Source: Deltaproteobacteria bacterium
GTDB lineage: Bacteria; UBA10199; GCA-002796325; JACPFF01
Reading direction: 5' to 3'
DNA: 64,000 bases
NCBI GenBank assembly: GCA_016210045.1
Contig: JACQUX010000009.1
Location: 65,730 to 129,729 of the forward strand
Both the position numbers and the translations under genes were made by a program. How positions within the stretch are numbered: position 1 is the first letter of the stretch; each line of letters begins with the position of its first letter. This document shows, one piece after another, positions 19,701 to 28,093 of this stretch. The notes under the pieces are model-generated. The model did no database searches, had not been told where the DNA came from, and saw nothing but the letters and a program-made list of their open reading frames with translations.

Positions 19701-22700
19701 GGCGATGGCGACGACGTGTTGGCCGGCGTCTACGCGACCGATTCGCACGATCGCCACGACGATCCGAAAGTGAAGATCGAAAAAGGGGCAGGGCCGTCGA
19801 AGACCACGCTCACCGGACGTGTAGTGCCGGGCACGGAAGCGGGGCTGGATGCGGATGGACTGTTCACGATCGAATACACGCCGACGCTGCAAGACGATTT
19901 GACCTCGCAAGTCTATACCGCTTCGATGACGGTCAAGGAATGGGGCCAGGAGCTGACCGCCGTGGCCGATCTGCGGATCCACAAAGCGGGCGTCTATGTC
20001 GGCCTCAAACCGGCGCGGCGCGTCTATTTGCGCGGCGAATCGATGCCGATCGCGCTCGTCACGCTCGATACGGCCGGCAAACCGATCGCACAACAGCGCG
20101 TCACGTTGACGCTGGCGAAGCGCGATTACATGACAATCAAGAAGCGGACTCCCGACGGCGATTGGGTCTTCGTCTCCGAACCGAAAGACACGGTCGTCGA
20201 GGAAACGAGTGTCACGACCGATGCCAAAGGGGAAGCGACCTACACGCCGCTCGCGGCGGAAGGCGGCAGTTATCGGGTCACTGCCACGACCGCCGATACG
20301 CGTGGCAACGCGATGCATGCCGGCTTGGAAGTGCGCGTCGGCGGCGCCACCGATGCGGCCTGGCCGATGCACACCGAAGATCACGTAGACCTCGTCCCCG
20401 ATCGCGCTGCGTATCACGTTGGCGATACGGCACGCATCCTGATCCCATTCCCGACCGAAGGGACGCGGGGATTGCTCACGATCGAACGCGCCGGGATTCG
20501 TGAATCGCGGCTGATGGAATTCGCTCCGGGTGAAAACGTGATCACGCTCCCGATCCAGGAAGCGTACGTCCCGAACGTGTACGTGGGACTGTTATTGTTC
20601 CGCCCGCAGGGCGCCGAATCCGCCGTGATGAAAGTCGGTTTGACCGAATTATCGGTCGATGCCGATGCGAAACGCGTCGCGGTCGACTTTACGCCGAATC
20701 AATCGGTCTATGCCCCAAAAGACACGGTGCGACTTGGGATCCGCACCACCGATCAAGCCGGACACGGCATTCCGGCCGACTTGATCGTCAGCGTCGCGGA
20801 CGAATCGGTGTTGCGTTTACTCGATTACCAAAGTCCCGACTTAGTCCGCCGTTTCTATTTTCCCCGCCATCTCGGCGTGCTGACCGCGGAGAACATGCTC
20901 CATTACAAGAGCGGCGATGTCGGCGATGCCGGTGTGGAACAGAAGAAACGCAGCAAGTTCCTCGATACGGCTTTTTTTACCGCGCAAGTCCACACGGACG
21001 CGAACGGGCAAGGAACGGTCGAGTTCACTTTACCCGACAACATTACGACTTGGGTGGCGGAAGCGTTCGCTATTACCGCAGACACGAAAGTCGGCTCCGC
21101 CTTCACGACCTTCCGATCGGTATTGCCGACGTTCCTCCGTCCGGCGTTGCCGCGTTTCTTGGCCGTCGAAGACACCACCAACGCGCCGATCTTTTTGGAA
21201 AATCCGTCGAAGGAACGTTTCAGCGGCGAGTTGAGCGTCCAGACCACGGCGCCGTTGCGGCTGACCGGCGCGAAGTCCTGGCCGGTCGTCGTCGAGCCGG
21301 AGGGCCGCACCACGGTGCTGCTCGGGCTCGAAGGAGTGAAGCCGGGACGCGGCACGCTGATGCTGACCACGCGCGACGCGCATGCCCGTCCCGTGGATGT
21401 CTTAGAGTTGCCGCTGCAAGTATCGGATCGTTCGATCCCCAGCATTTACAGTGCCGTCGGTGCGACGCGCGCCGAGGCGCGCGAAGTGTTCACGCTGGAC
21501 GTCGGCGCACGGCCGGAGCGCGGCGGTCTGGAGGTGAGTATCGGCACCACGCCGCTCAAGGTGTTGCGCGATGCGCTGCAATATTTATTCGAATATCCGT
21601 ATGGCTGCGCGGAGCAGCGCACGTCGGCGTTGCTCGGACTGTGGCAATTGCTCGACCTGTTGCCGGAGCGGGCAGAAGGTGCGGCCTCGCCGGTCTTGCC
21701 GCCGTTGTTGGCCGATTTAGTGGTGCAACAATACAAAGTGAAAAAGAAACCGGTCGATGTGGCTTGGCTGCAAGAGCGGTTACACCGTGGCCTTACCAGT
21801 CTGTACGACTTCCAAATGGCAGACGGTGGCTTCGCCTTCTGGCGCGAAGACGGTATGGCCGACCCAGTGCTGAGTGCTGAAATGGCGCGGGCGTTGGCGT
21901 TGTTCGAAGCGGTCGGTGTCGCAGTGGACACGAATCAACGCGACAAGCTCGCTCGCTATTTAGAAGATTTGTTATCCCGTCAGAAACCCTTCGTGGAACC
22001 GAAGCCCGGAAAAGTCGATCGCCGACAGTTCGACGCGGACGGACGCGCGCAATTGGTCTGGGGCTTGGCCGCGCTTGACGCGAAGCGCGCCAAACCGGCG
22101 CTGGCGAGTCTGCTTGAAGTGCGCGATTTGATGAGCGCGCGTGGTTTGGCGGCGCTCGCGCTGGCGATGCACGAGATGGGCGATGCCGCGGATAGCGGAG
22201 AGAAAAAGGCCACGGTGAAGCGGCTGCGGAAGTTGGCGCAGGTGACGAAAGGCGAGCGCGGTGAACAAGCCGCGTGGGCCGATCCGGCGCGGGTGTGGGA
22301 CGGCACGACCATGACCGCGATTGCGTTGGAGGCATTACTGACGCGGGATAATGCCGGAGAAGATCTGGTCGACGCCGCAATGCGCGCGGTCATGAGTCGC
22401 GCGCGCGGCGGGGATTTCGGCCATACGCGGGCCACGCGCGAGGCGTTAATTGCGTTGTGGCAATACAGCCAATCCAGCAAGACCGAAGAAAGCGGGATCG
22501 CGACCACGTTGCAAATCGGCGGACGGACGCGCACCGAGTCGTTAGCGGCGTTTTCTCCGACCGCGTGGCTGCACGAACGGCTGAGCATTGCGGAATTGTC
22601 CGCCGAGCCACAGCCAACGCCGCTCGTGATCCGCAAATCGGCGGATGTCCCCGGAGCGCTGTATTATCAAGCGCTCCTCACGACCTATTTGCCGATGGAA

Positions 22701-23201
22701 CAAGTCCCGCGACGGGAAGACGGGATCATCATCGCGCGCGAATTTTACGCGATGGACGACGTGCGCGAAGCACGCCCACTGGCCACATTTACCGTAGGAC
22801 AAAGTTACAAGGCCGTGCTGACCGTGATGCCGCTGACTGCACTTGATCAACTCGTCGTGGAACATTTGATTCCCGCCGGATTCGAGCCTGTCGATTTCAG
22901 TCTGGCCACTGCGAATCCGGAATTGGCCGCCGGGTTGCGCGACGCGGTCGATGCCGATATCAAGAGTCCCTCGCTGGTGCCGCCGGACTTCAGTCACGAA
23001 GAAATCCATGACGATCGCGTGATGTGGTACGCGCGCGTCGCGAGTGCGGGCATTTACAAATTACGCCACGTGGTGCGCGCCGCAACGGCCGGCACCTATC
23101 GCGCTCCCGGCGCGACCGCCCAACCCTTCTATGACGCCGCCTACGGCGCCCGCAGCCGTTCCCTGACAGTCACCGTGACTCCTGCGGGTTCGCAAAATTG
23201 A
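16776..23201 (+). CDS. Bacterial alpha-2-macroglobulin family protein (2141 aa); true start uncertain
   Basis: Thioester region EYPYGCAEQ (CxEQ); size and architecture of COG2373 proteins; N-terminal hydrophobic anchor GLLGVFILFLLWAG. Confidence 0.8.
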   Translation: MSFQGELQGLWRPVPEALARACAGTGQAVAARVRIVAPHLTPRQLWRTARQLRWRHVRHGGLLLRRGLHAYRHQLDVSLEWRAASTGGLLGVFILFLLWAGPHLPKGPPPRLATIATPELQKLAEAAEPPDPAAGLHVLARTPEGRVSPQIDGIKILFDHSMVAMTDVDPDKHPTIPLTIQPPIPGEFIWFGTKGVRYRFTDPLPPATQFTVTLPRELQALDGKTLTHDESWTFFTAGPEIVRATPESGMAYLPLRTPIRVTFSLPMQRTGVEQAFRCDQRPSDDPKATPRPCAVKFQFSWETDPKDREVFVATPEQPYAAGVDYVFYLPAGLLPEHGVQGTAKLLSVDASTAGPMQLSTVSIAHPFPANDEIATELYDREQDDAPKGKASKFETRYATGDLCFAFSNPVDRKSFETAVQVVPRGAAKPDPTFRVSYYYEDEVEASDDDRAAAQTPADLPHRTACITADLRFNTAYEVRLARAILDRDGKPADLGKFPQPLRFTTSHAWLEGQLTVTKSLLNARTPPSLPFTSMNAEKVEVTLVPCDRARLAAIFGEGTACHEGDEDEEAEAESTESDDEGDGDAANPRAEKKNPWERTIPIDSEYDVYHHGRIDIAGLYPDLKPGLYEVRATFHPMSEITLKRKRVTLGIEHEALVGSDPVTDFTQVLLTETALALKRFENQFLIWAVDIQNGAPRANLPLQVWNFEQLVATGWTDDQGLFRFLSNTIDPNAELTVIADDPRLISALRTEKDQQGITPADFGYTYQRPWFVKNYYVWFHTDRPLYRPEQTVHFGGFLRGLRDGVYHLPREVDYVDVTIADSNGDEIYAKQLSASANGVFGDSITLGDDAIPRGRYWITARVPTVRWSGEVSTQAFKQAFYVASYRKPDFTVGLTPERAEVVSGEPIKLTAFGRYFFGAPLAHAEIAWAIRREGFRFTAKKYPDFTFVDEEAIQHAIQVRTEAGRVEHDESEYYDGDGDDVLAGVYATDSHDRHDDPKVKIEKGAGPSKTTLTGRVVPGTEAGLDADGLFTIEYTPTLQDDLTSQVYTASMTVKEWGQELTAVADLRIHKAGVYVGLKPARRVYLRGESMPIALVTLDTAGKPIAQQRVTLTLAKRDYMTIKKRTPDGDWVFVSEPKDTVVEETSVTTDAKGEATYTPLAAEGGSYRVTATTADTRGNAMHAGLEVRVGGATDAAWPMHTEDHVDLVPDRAAYHVGDTARILIPFPTEGTRGLLTIERAGIRESRLMEFAPGENVITLPIQEAYVPNVYVGLLLFRPQGAESAVMKVGLTELSVDADAKRVAVDFTPNQSVYAPKDTVRLGIRTTDQAGHGIPADLIVSVADESVLRLLDYQSPDLVRRFYFPRHLGVLTAENMLHYKSGDVGDAGVEQKKRSKFLDTAFFTAQVHTDANGQGTVEFTLPDNITTWVAEAFAITADTKVGSAFTTFRSVLPTFLRPALPRFLAVEDTTNAPIFLENPSKERFSGELSVQTTAPLRLTGAKSWPVVVEPEGRTTVLLGLEGVKPGRGTLMLTTRDAHARPVDVLELPLQVSDRSIPSIYSAVGATRAEAREVFTLDVGARPERGGLEVSIGTTPLKVLRDALQYLFEYPYGCAEQRTSALLGLWQLLDLLPERAEGAASPVLPPLLADLVVQQYKVKKKPVDVAWLQERLHRGLTSLYDFQMADGGFAFWREDGMADPVLSAEMARALALFEAVGVAVDTNQRDKLARYLEDLLSRQKPFVEPKPGKVDRRQFDADGRAQLVWGLAALDAKRAKPALASLLEVRDLMSARGLAALALAMHEMGDAADSGEKKATVKRLRKLAQVTKGERGEQAAWADPARVWDGTTMTAIALEALLTRDNAGEDLVDAAMRAVMSRARGGDFGHTRATREALIALWQYSQSSKTEESGIATTLQIGGRTRTESLAAFSPTAWLHERLSIAELSAEPQPTPLVIRKSADVPGALYYQALLTTYLPMEQVPRREDGIIIAREFYAMDDVREARPLATFTVGQSYKAVLTVMPLTALDQLVVEHLIPAGFEPVDFSLATANPELAAGLRDAVDADIKSPSLVPPDFSHEEIHDDRVMWYARVASAGIYKLRHVVRAATAGTYRAPGATAQPFYDAAYGARSRSLTVTVTPAGSQN

Positions 23202-23202
23202 C

Positions 23203-23274
23203 GCTTCGCGAATATTCGCGAATATTCGCGAATGCGCGATTGACAGGCGTCGCGCCTTTCTGTACTCTAACAAT
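23203..23274 (+). promoter_or_regulatory. Putative sigma70-type promoter (TTGACA-17nt-TACTCT) preceded by three tandem palindromes TTCGCGAA; predicts a leaderless transcript
   Basis: Seen directly: TTCGCGAA at 23205, 23215 and 23225; TTGACA 23240-23245; TACTCT 23263-23268; ATG 23275. Confidence 0.45.
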
Positions 23275-24618
23275 ATGAAATTAGAAGAGATTCTCTCTGA
23301 AGGCGAGGGGTATCGCCAGGAATTCAAAGAGGGGCTTGCCCGGATTGACCGCGCGATGGTCGGATTCGCGAACGCCGGCGGCGGAACCATTTATGTCGGC
23401 GTGCGTGACGACGGCACGATTCTCAAAACGCCGCTGAACAACCGATTGCGGGCGCAGATCGCAAATATCGCGGCGGAGTGCGATCCGGCCGTCCCGATTA
23501 CCATTGCCGCGATCGGGCCGATCGTGGCCGTGTCAGTCCCGGAGGGAGAAGACAAGCCGTACAGTTGCAAAGATGGATTTTTTCTCCGCAACGGCGCGAC
23601 GACACAAAAGCTGACCCGCCAAGAGATGCTGGAATTCGTGGTGCGCGTCAATCGCGTGCAGTTCGATCGCCTGATCGCCGCCAGTGTCATCTACCCTCGG
23701 GACGTCGCGAAGGCCGCAGTACGGCGGTTTGTCGCGGAGGCCTCGTTGGAGACCGTGCTAGCCGACGTCGGCCAGGAACAATTTCTCCAATCGCTCGGGG
23801 TGGCACAGCGGCAACGTGGGCGGCTGTTGCTCAATCATGCCGGCGTGCTCTTTTTCGCCAAGCATCCCCAGTTGGTGATTCCCCACGCCACGGCCGGATT
23901 CACGCGTTATCAAGGCGTGGATAAAACGACCGTCGTGGAACGGAAACTCTATCGTGGGACGCTCATCGAACAAATTATGGAGCTGCTGCGAGATCTGCAA
24001 CGCGCTATTCCCACCGGCTACGGATTCGATCGGGAACTGCGGCGCCAGGACTTGCCGCACTATCCGTTAGTCGCAGTGCGGGAGGCGGTGCTCAACGCCG
24101 TGATGCATCGTGACTACTTCGAAAACGGCGCGGAGATCAGCGTCGATCTCTATGCCGATCGTCTCGAGATCACGAATCCCGGCGAATTGCTCCCGGTACT
24201 TTCGTTGGAAACCTTGGGACAGCGATCGCTGCGCCGCAATCCGTTGATCGGCGATCTCTTGTATCGCTGTGGATGGGTGGAGAAACTCGGTTCCGGAATC
24301 CAGCGAATGCGACGCCTGATGGACGAGTGGCGATTGAAGCCGCCGTTCTTCACGTCCGGTGGCGGCTTTTTTTCGGTGACCCTCTTCGGCCCCAAGACGA
24401 TGATCGACGTTACGGCCTTGCCGCAGTTGGCGGAGCGCGAGCGACAATTCCTTGCCGAGCAAAATCGGATCGACGAGCCGTTCGCCTCTCGTGTCTATCA
24501 ATCCCGCTTCGCCGTCACGTTGCGCACTGCACAAAAAGACCTGACCCATTTAGTCCAAACCGGCCACCTCACGCGCGAAGGCAACGGCAAAAACGCACGC
24601 TATCGGTTTCGGTCGTAA
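23275..24618 (+). CDS. AlbA_2 (Schlafen-like) putative DNA-binding domain + HATPase_c_4 protein (RecG-C-terminal-like regulator family)
   Basis: N-terminal EFK...GFANAGGGTIYVGV; C-terminal REAVLNAVMHRDY...LEITNPG. Confidence 0.75.
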   Translation: MKLEEILSEGEGYRQEFKEGLARIDRAMVGFANAGGGTIYVGVRDDGTILKTPLNNRLRAQIANIAAECDPAVPITIAAIGPIVAVSVPEGEDKPYSCKDGFFLRNGATTQKLTRQEMLEFVVRVNRVQFDRLIAASVIYPRDVAKAAVRRFVAEASLETVLADVGQEQFLQSLGVAQRQRGRLLLNHAGVLFFAKHPQLVIPHATAGFTRYQGVDKTTVVERKLYRGTLIEQIMELLRDLQRAIPTGYGFDRELRRQDLPHYPLVAVREAVLNAVMHRDYFENGAEISVDLYADRLEITNPGELLPVLSLETLGQRSLRRNPLIGDLLYRCGWVEKLGSGIQRMRRLMDEWRLKPPFFTSGGGFFSVTLFGPKTMIDVTALPQLAERERQFLAEQNRIDEPFASRVYQSRFAVTLRTAQKDLTHLVQTGHLTREGNGKNARYRFRS

Positions 24619-24624
24619 GATTTG

Positions 24625-25116
24625 TCAGGATGACGGCCTACGCGGCTTGGTCGGAGACTTCGTCGGCGGTGTGCTCATCAGGACTTGGCGGTCAATTAAG
24701 ACCCAGACTTCGTCGATGGCGGATTTATTGATGCGCTGTTCGCCGTTGCGCGCGGTCTTGACGCGCACGGAAGTGGATCGCTTGTTTTCCGGCTGAATCA
24801 GCAGCGTAATATTGTCGGTGATGCTCTTTTCACGCCAATGGCCGGGATGATGTTCGGTCCCGGAGACCCATTCGTTTTCGGTATGCTGTTTTTCTCCCAA
24901 CAGCACGCCGGATGAGCGTTCCGAATGTTTGATTAAATAGCCTAAATCGAACAATGCCTCGGTCGCAGCAGTGAAGACGACATCGACGGGGGCGTTAATC
25001 GTGCGTGTCTCGAGCTGCTTGATCTCCGCCTGACTCATTGGCGGCGTGCTACTGAAGAGAAACGCGCAGCCGGAGAGCGGCAGCGCCAGCCAGCATAACA
25101 GGAAATATTTTTTCAT
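24625..25116 (-). CDS. Hypothetical lipoprotein
   Basis: MKKYFLLCWLALPLSGC signal + lipobox. Confidence 0.55.
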   Translation of the reverse strand: MKKYFLLCWLALPLSGCAFLFSSTPPMSQAEIKQLETRTINAPVDVVFTAATEALFDLGYLIKHSERSSGVLLGEKQHTENEWVSGTEHHPGHWREKSITDNITLLIQPENKRSTSVRVKTARNGEQRINKSAIDEVWVLIDRQVLMSTPPTKSPTKPRRPSS

Positions 25117-25124
25117 AGATAGTC

Positions 25125-25511
25125 CTAGAAACTCGCAGCGCTCAGTCGATAGTCTTGTACGAGTTCTCGTTTATTGAAGTAAACGATCAGCATCGTGGAG
25201 CGGCGATGCGAGCTGACCCGTTGGCGACCATAGCCGGCCAAAATGATAGTGAGGAATCCGCCCGACGACGTAATTTCTTGCGACACTTGGTCGTAGGTCC
25301 AGATCTCGACGCCGTCTTTATGCGTGACGAGATTGGGCGGACCGAAAATTTCCAGCACCTCAGTCTGCGTGGTCTTCCCCGGCACGATGAATTTTTTCGT
25401 CATTCCGGGTGTCAGATTGCTCGGCCGCGTCGCGACCGATTCGGTGACACAGCCGACCGGGAGGAGGGCAGCGCCGACACACAGCAGGAGCCATACGCGA
25501 CGTATTTTCAT
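25125..25511 (-). CDS. Hypothetical lipoprotein (start taken at MKIRRVWLLLCVGAALLPVGC rather than the longer ORF)
   Basis: Lipobox-type signal peptide at the internal Met; the upstream extension is Pro/Ser/Arg-rich. Confidence 0.5.
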   Translation of the reverse strand: MKIRRVWLLLCVGAALLPVGCVTESVATRPSNLTPGMTKKFIVPGKTTQTEVLEIFGPPNLVTHKDGVEIWTYDQVSQEITSSGGFLTIILAGYGRQRVSSHRRSTMLIVYFNKRELVQDYRLSAASF

Positions 25512-25548
25512 ACGCCGGCCCTCTATCAGGAGGCGACCGCGATTGCAA

Positions 25549-27951
25549 TCACCGCCGTGTCGCGCGATGTTTGGCCAGGACGGCAGCGGCCAGGGCGTGC
25601 CATTGCGGATCGGAACTGGTCGTGAGTGCTTCGACCGCGGCGACTTGGGCGGCCTGCTCGGATGGGTCGCCGAAGATGCCGCTGTGCAGCGCATACAGGG
25701 TCCCGCGGCGCAACAATGGGTCAGGCGAGCGCAAGCCTTTCACCCACACCCGTTCGGTCGCTATGCTGGGACCACAGCCCAAGGCTTGGCGGCAAAAGAC
25801 TTCGAACAAATCCTTGAGGCTGCTGCGGGCATGCACGGGGGCATCGGACTGCGGATCGAGGCGTGTCAACAGCTTGCGTAAGTGGCCTTGCCGTGTGCTG
25901 GCGTCGAAGAGCGGCAGCAAACGCGCTAAACCTTGCTGCGCCTGATAGTCGATCCCTTGTACTCCCAGTTCGGCGCGGGCGAGCAGCGACACGACCGCCT
26001 CGTGGGCGAGTTCCATCGGGAGTTGTGGGGCCAATGCGGCCACGACTTGCGCCGCAGCTATGACTTGCAGTATGGCAGGACCGGTATCGTATCGGTTGGT
26101 GGTTCGGCTCAACAACTGCAAACTCCATCGACCGCCGGCGGTCGCTTCTTGCGCCGTCAACACGCCGGTCGTCGTGAGTGCGGCATAGGCTTTCAGATTG
26201 GTAATGACGCCGGCGGAATCCGGAAGCATCGCCCGCGTCCGTAGCCCTTGGGCCGCACGATTGGCACGCGCCGGATCCTTCGCGATCGCAGCCGCGAAGT
26301 CGGGAACGAGCTCCGCTGCTGCCTCGGCCACGCGCGCATCAGCGTCCTGCGTGAACGTCGCAATCCGCGCGGCCATGGTTTCGTTGCGGCGCCACGTATC
26401 CCGCAAGCCGGTATCATTCGCCCGCACTACTCCGCGATAGGCCTGGAGCAACGCGGCAGTCGTCCGAGCCGGCGGATCGGCCAGTAGTGCGCGCACGGCC
26501 TGCTCCTCGCTCCGTTGCGCGTTCGTGGTCAATGCGAGGACAGTGGCCGCATACTCTCGACCGACGGTCGCCGCGCCACCGCTGCGGACCAATAATTCAC
26601 GGAGCGCTGTGGCCTCGCGCGCGGCCATCGCTGGTGTGGGATCCGTATATTTGACGGCCATCCGGTACAGATGGTCGGCGACGTCCGCCATTTGCGGATT
26701 CCACACGCAGACCGCTAATAGTTCGCGGGCCACGGCCAGTTCCCGGGCCAACGCCGGTTTCGGCAATGCGGCCACGAGCTGACCGTAGACCGATTCGGCG
26801 ATATAAAATCCATCACGGTGCGGAGCGCTCAGGAACGCCGTGCGCAACGCCTCGATTTCCGCGATTAATTGGTCGGGCGGCAGCGTCTTTGCGAGGCCGA
26901 CATACGTGTGTCCGGCCGCCTCCCACTCGCTGATGGAGCGATCGGTAATCTTCGCGCGAAATGCCGCCAGCCGCTGCGCCGTCGGCACATGAAACTTCCC
27001 CAGATGTTCCGTGAACTGGTCGTGTTCGTTGGGTGGAACGAGGTACCGATTCCCTTCTCCGTCGACGAACATAACCGTCGGAAAGACGGTGGCCCCGTAT
27101 TGTTTGGCCAACGCCTCGTTCTCGGTCCGCAAAAAGCGGACTTGCCCTCCAAGGGCCTTCGCCTGCGCGGCAAAGGCCGGCGCGAAGGTCTTACACGGAC
27201 CGCACCAATCCGCCGAAAACAGCACGGCCGCATATTGTCCCGGCTGCAATTTTTTCAATGCGGCACGCAGTTCTGCAGCCGTCTTGATGTCGCCGACCGT
27301 CGTCGGGAAAGTCGGCCGGCCCGCATCCAGAAATCCTGCGCTCCGGACAAATTGCGGAAACGAGGCCTTCGTCTTGCCTTGGGCGATCGCGTACGCATAC
27401 CGCTCCTGCCAACTGGCGGTGCCGTCCCGATTCAAATCCGGGACTTTGCTACTCCAGAAATGCGGCGCGAAATCCTGACAGCAGACCGTTTCCCCTTTGC
27501 TGCCGGCCGCGATAAAGAGCGTGCGCGGATCGTCGGCAAAGCGATGGCTCCAGTTGCCGCTATAACATTGATCCATCACGACCACGCGCTGACCGTACGG
27601 CAATTCGTCCAGAAATTGGTCGACGCCCGGTGTCTTGCACCCCGTCGTGAGGCAGAGGCTTCCGGTCTCCTTTTTTTGGTCTCCGTGGCCAGTGGTATAA
27701 ATAACGAGCTCGTCGTTGTCGTCGAGTTGCGCGCGTGCCCCAGTCAGCAGCGTCTTGATCCCCTTCAAATCGGCCTTCGCATAGTGGTCGTCGGGTCCGA
27801 GCGGCGTGGTCGGACGCTGCGGACTCGCCACATGGACGGTATATCCCTGGGCTTTCAGCGTCCGGATACTCCGCTCGACATTCTCGAGATGTCGCCCTTC
27901 GGTGTCGCCGTTGATGATCACGGCATGTTTTTGGATCGGCGTGGTGTTCAT
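25549..27951 (-). CDS. Caspase-like (C13/C14 His-Cys fold) peptidase domain fused to a thioredoxin (WCGPC) domain and a long helical-repeat C-terminus
   Basis: HAVIINGD...YTTGHGD (His-Gly) and VVVMDQCYSG (Cys) dyad; thioredoxin active site ADWCGPCK; helical repeats. Confidence 0.55.
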   Translation of the reverse strand: MNTTPIQKHAVIINGDTEGRHLENVERSIRTLKAQGYTVHVASPQRPTTPLGPDDHYAKADLKGIKTLLTGARAQLDDNDELVIYTTGHGDQKKETGSLCLTTGCKTPGVDQFLDELPYGQRVVVMDQCYSGNWSHRFADDPRTLFIAAGSKGETVCCQDFAPHFWSSKVPDLNRDGTASWQERYAYAIAQGKTKASFPQFVRSAGFLDAGRPTFPTTVGDIKTAAELRAALKKLQPGQYAAVLFSADWCGPCKTFAPAFAAQAKALGGQVRFLRTENEALAKQYGATVFPTVMFVDGEGNRYLVPPNEHDQFTEHLGKFHVPTAQRLAAFRAKITDRSISEWEAAGHTYVGLAKTLPPDQLIAEIEALRTAFLSAPHRDGFYIAESVYGQLVAALPKPALARELAVARELLAVCVWNPQMADVADHLYRMAVKYTDPTPAMAAREATALRELLVRSGGAATVGREYAATVLALTTNAQRSEEQAVRALLADPPARTTAALLQAYRGVVRANDTGLRDTWRRNETMAARIATFTQDADARVAEAAAELVPDFAAAIAKDPARANRAAQGLRTRAMLPDSAGVITNLKAYAALTTTGVLTAQEATAGGRWSLQLLSRTTNRYDTGPAILQVIAAAQVVAALAPQLPMELAHEAVVSLLARAELGVQGIDYQAQQGLARLLPLFDASTRQGHLRKLLTRLDPQSDAPVHARSSLKDLFEVFCRQALGCGPSIATERVWVKGLRSPDPLLRRGTLYALHSGIFGDPSEQAAQVAAVEALTTSSDPQWHALAAAVLAKHRATRR

Positions 27952-28093
27952 AATGACGTTCGGAGACTCCTCTCTAATGATATCGGCCGTGGACAGAGGG
28001 CAAGTTGCCCGCGGGCCGCGCAGAAAAACTCCGCTGTTCTTCAGTGGTTCCCGCTTGACAGCGCGGCGGCAGACGGTTCATGTGGCCCGCGCT

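Noticed and set aside
25512-25694. N-terminal 61-aa extension of the 25125 lipoprotein ORF
   Set aside because: The internal Met begins a textbook lipoprotein signal peptide (MKIRRVWLLLCVGAALLPVGC); the upstream part is Pro/Ser/Arg-rich and likely untranslated.
27806-28093. N-terminal 96-aa extension of the tryptophanase-like ORF
   Set aside because: Homology to TnaA/TPL begins at MSPAAPFESY (28094); the extension overlaps the promoter region of the divergent caspase-like gene and has no conservation.
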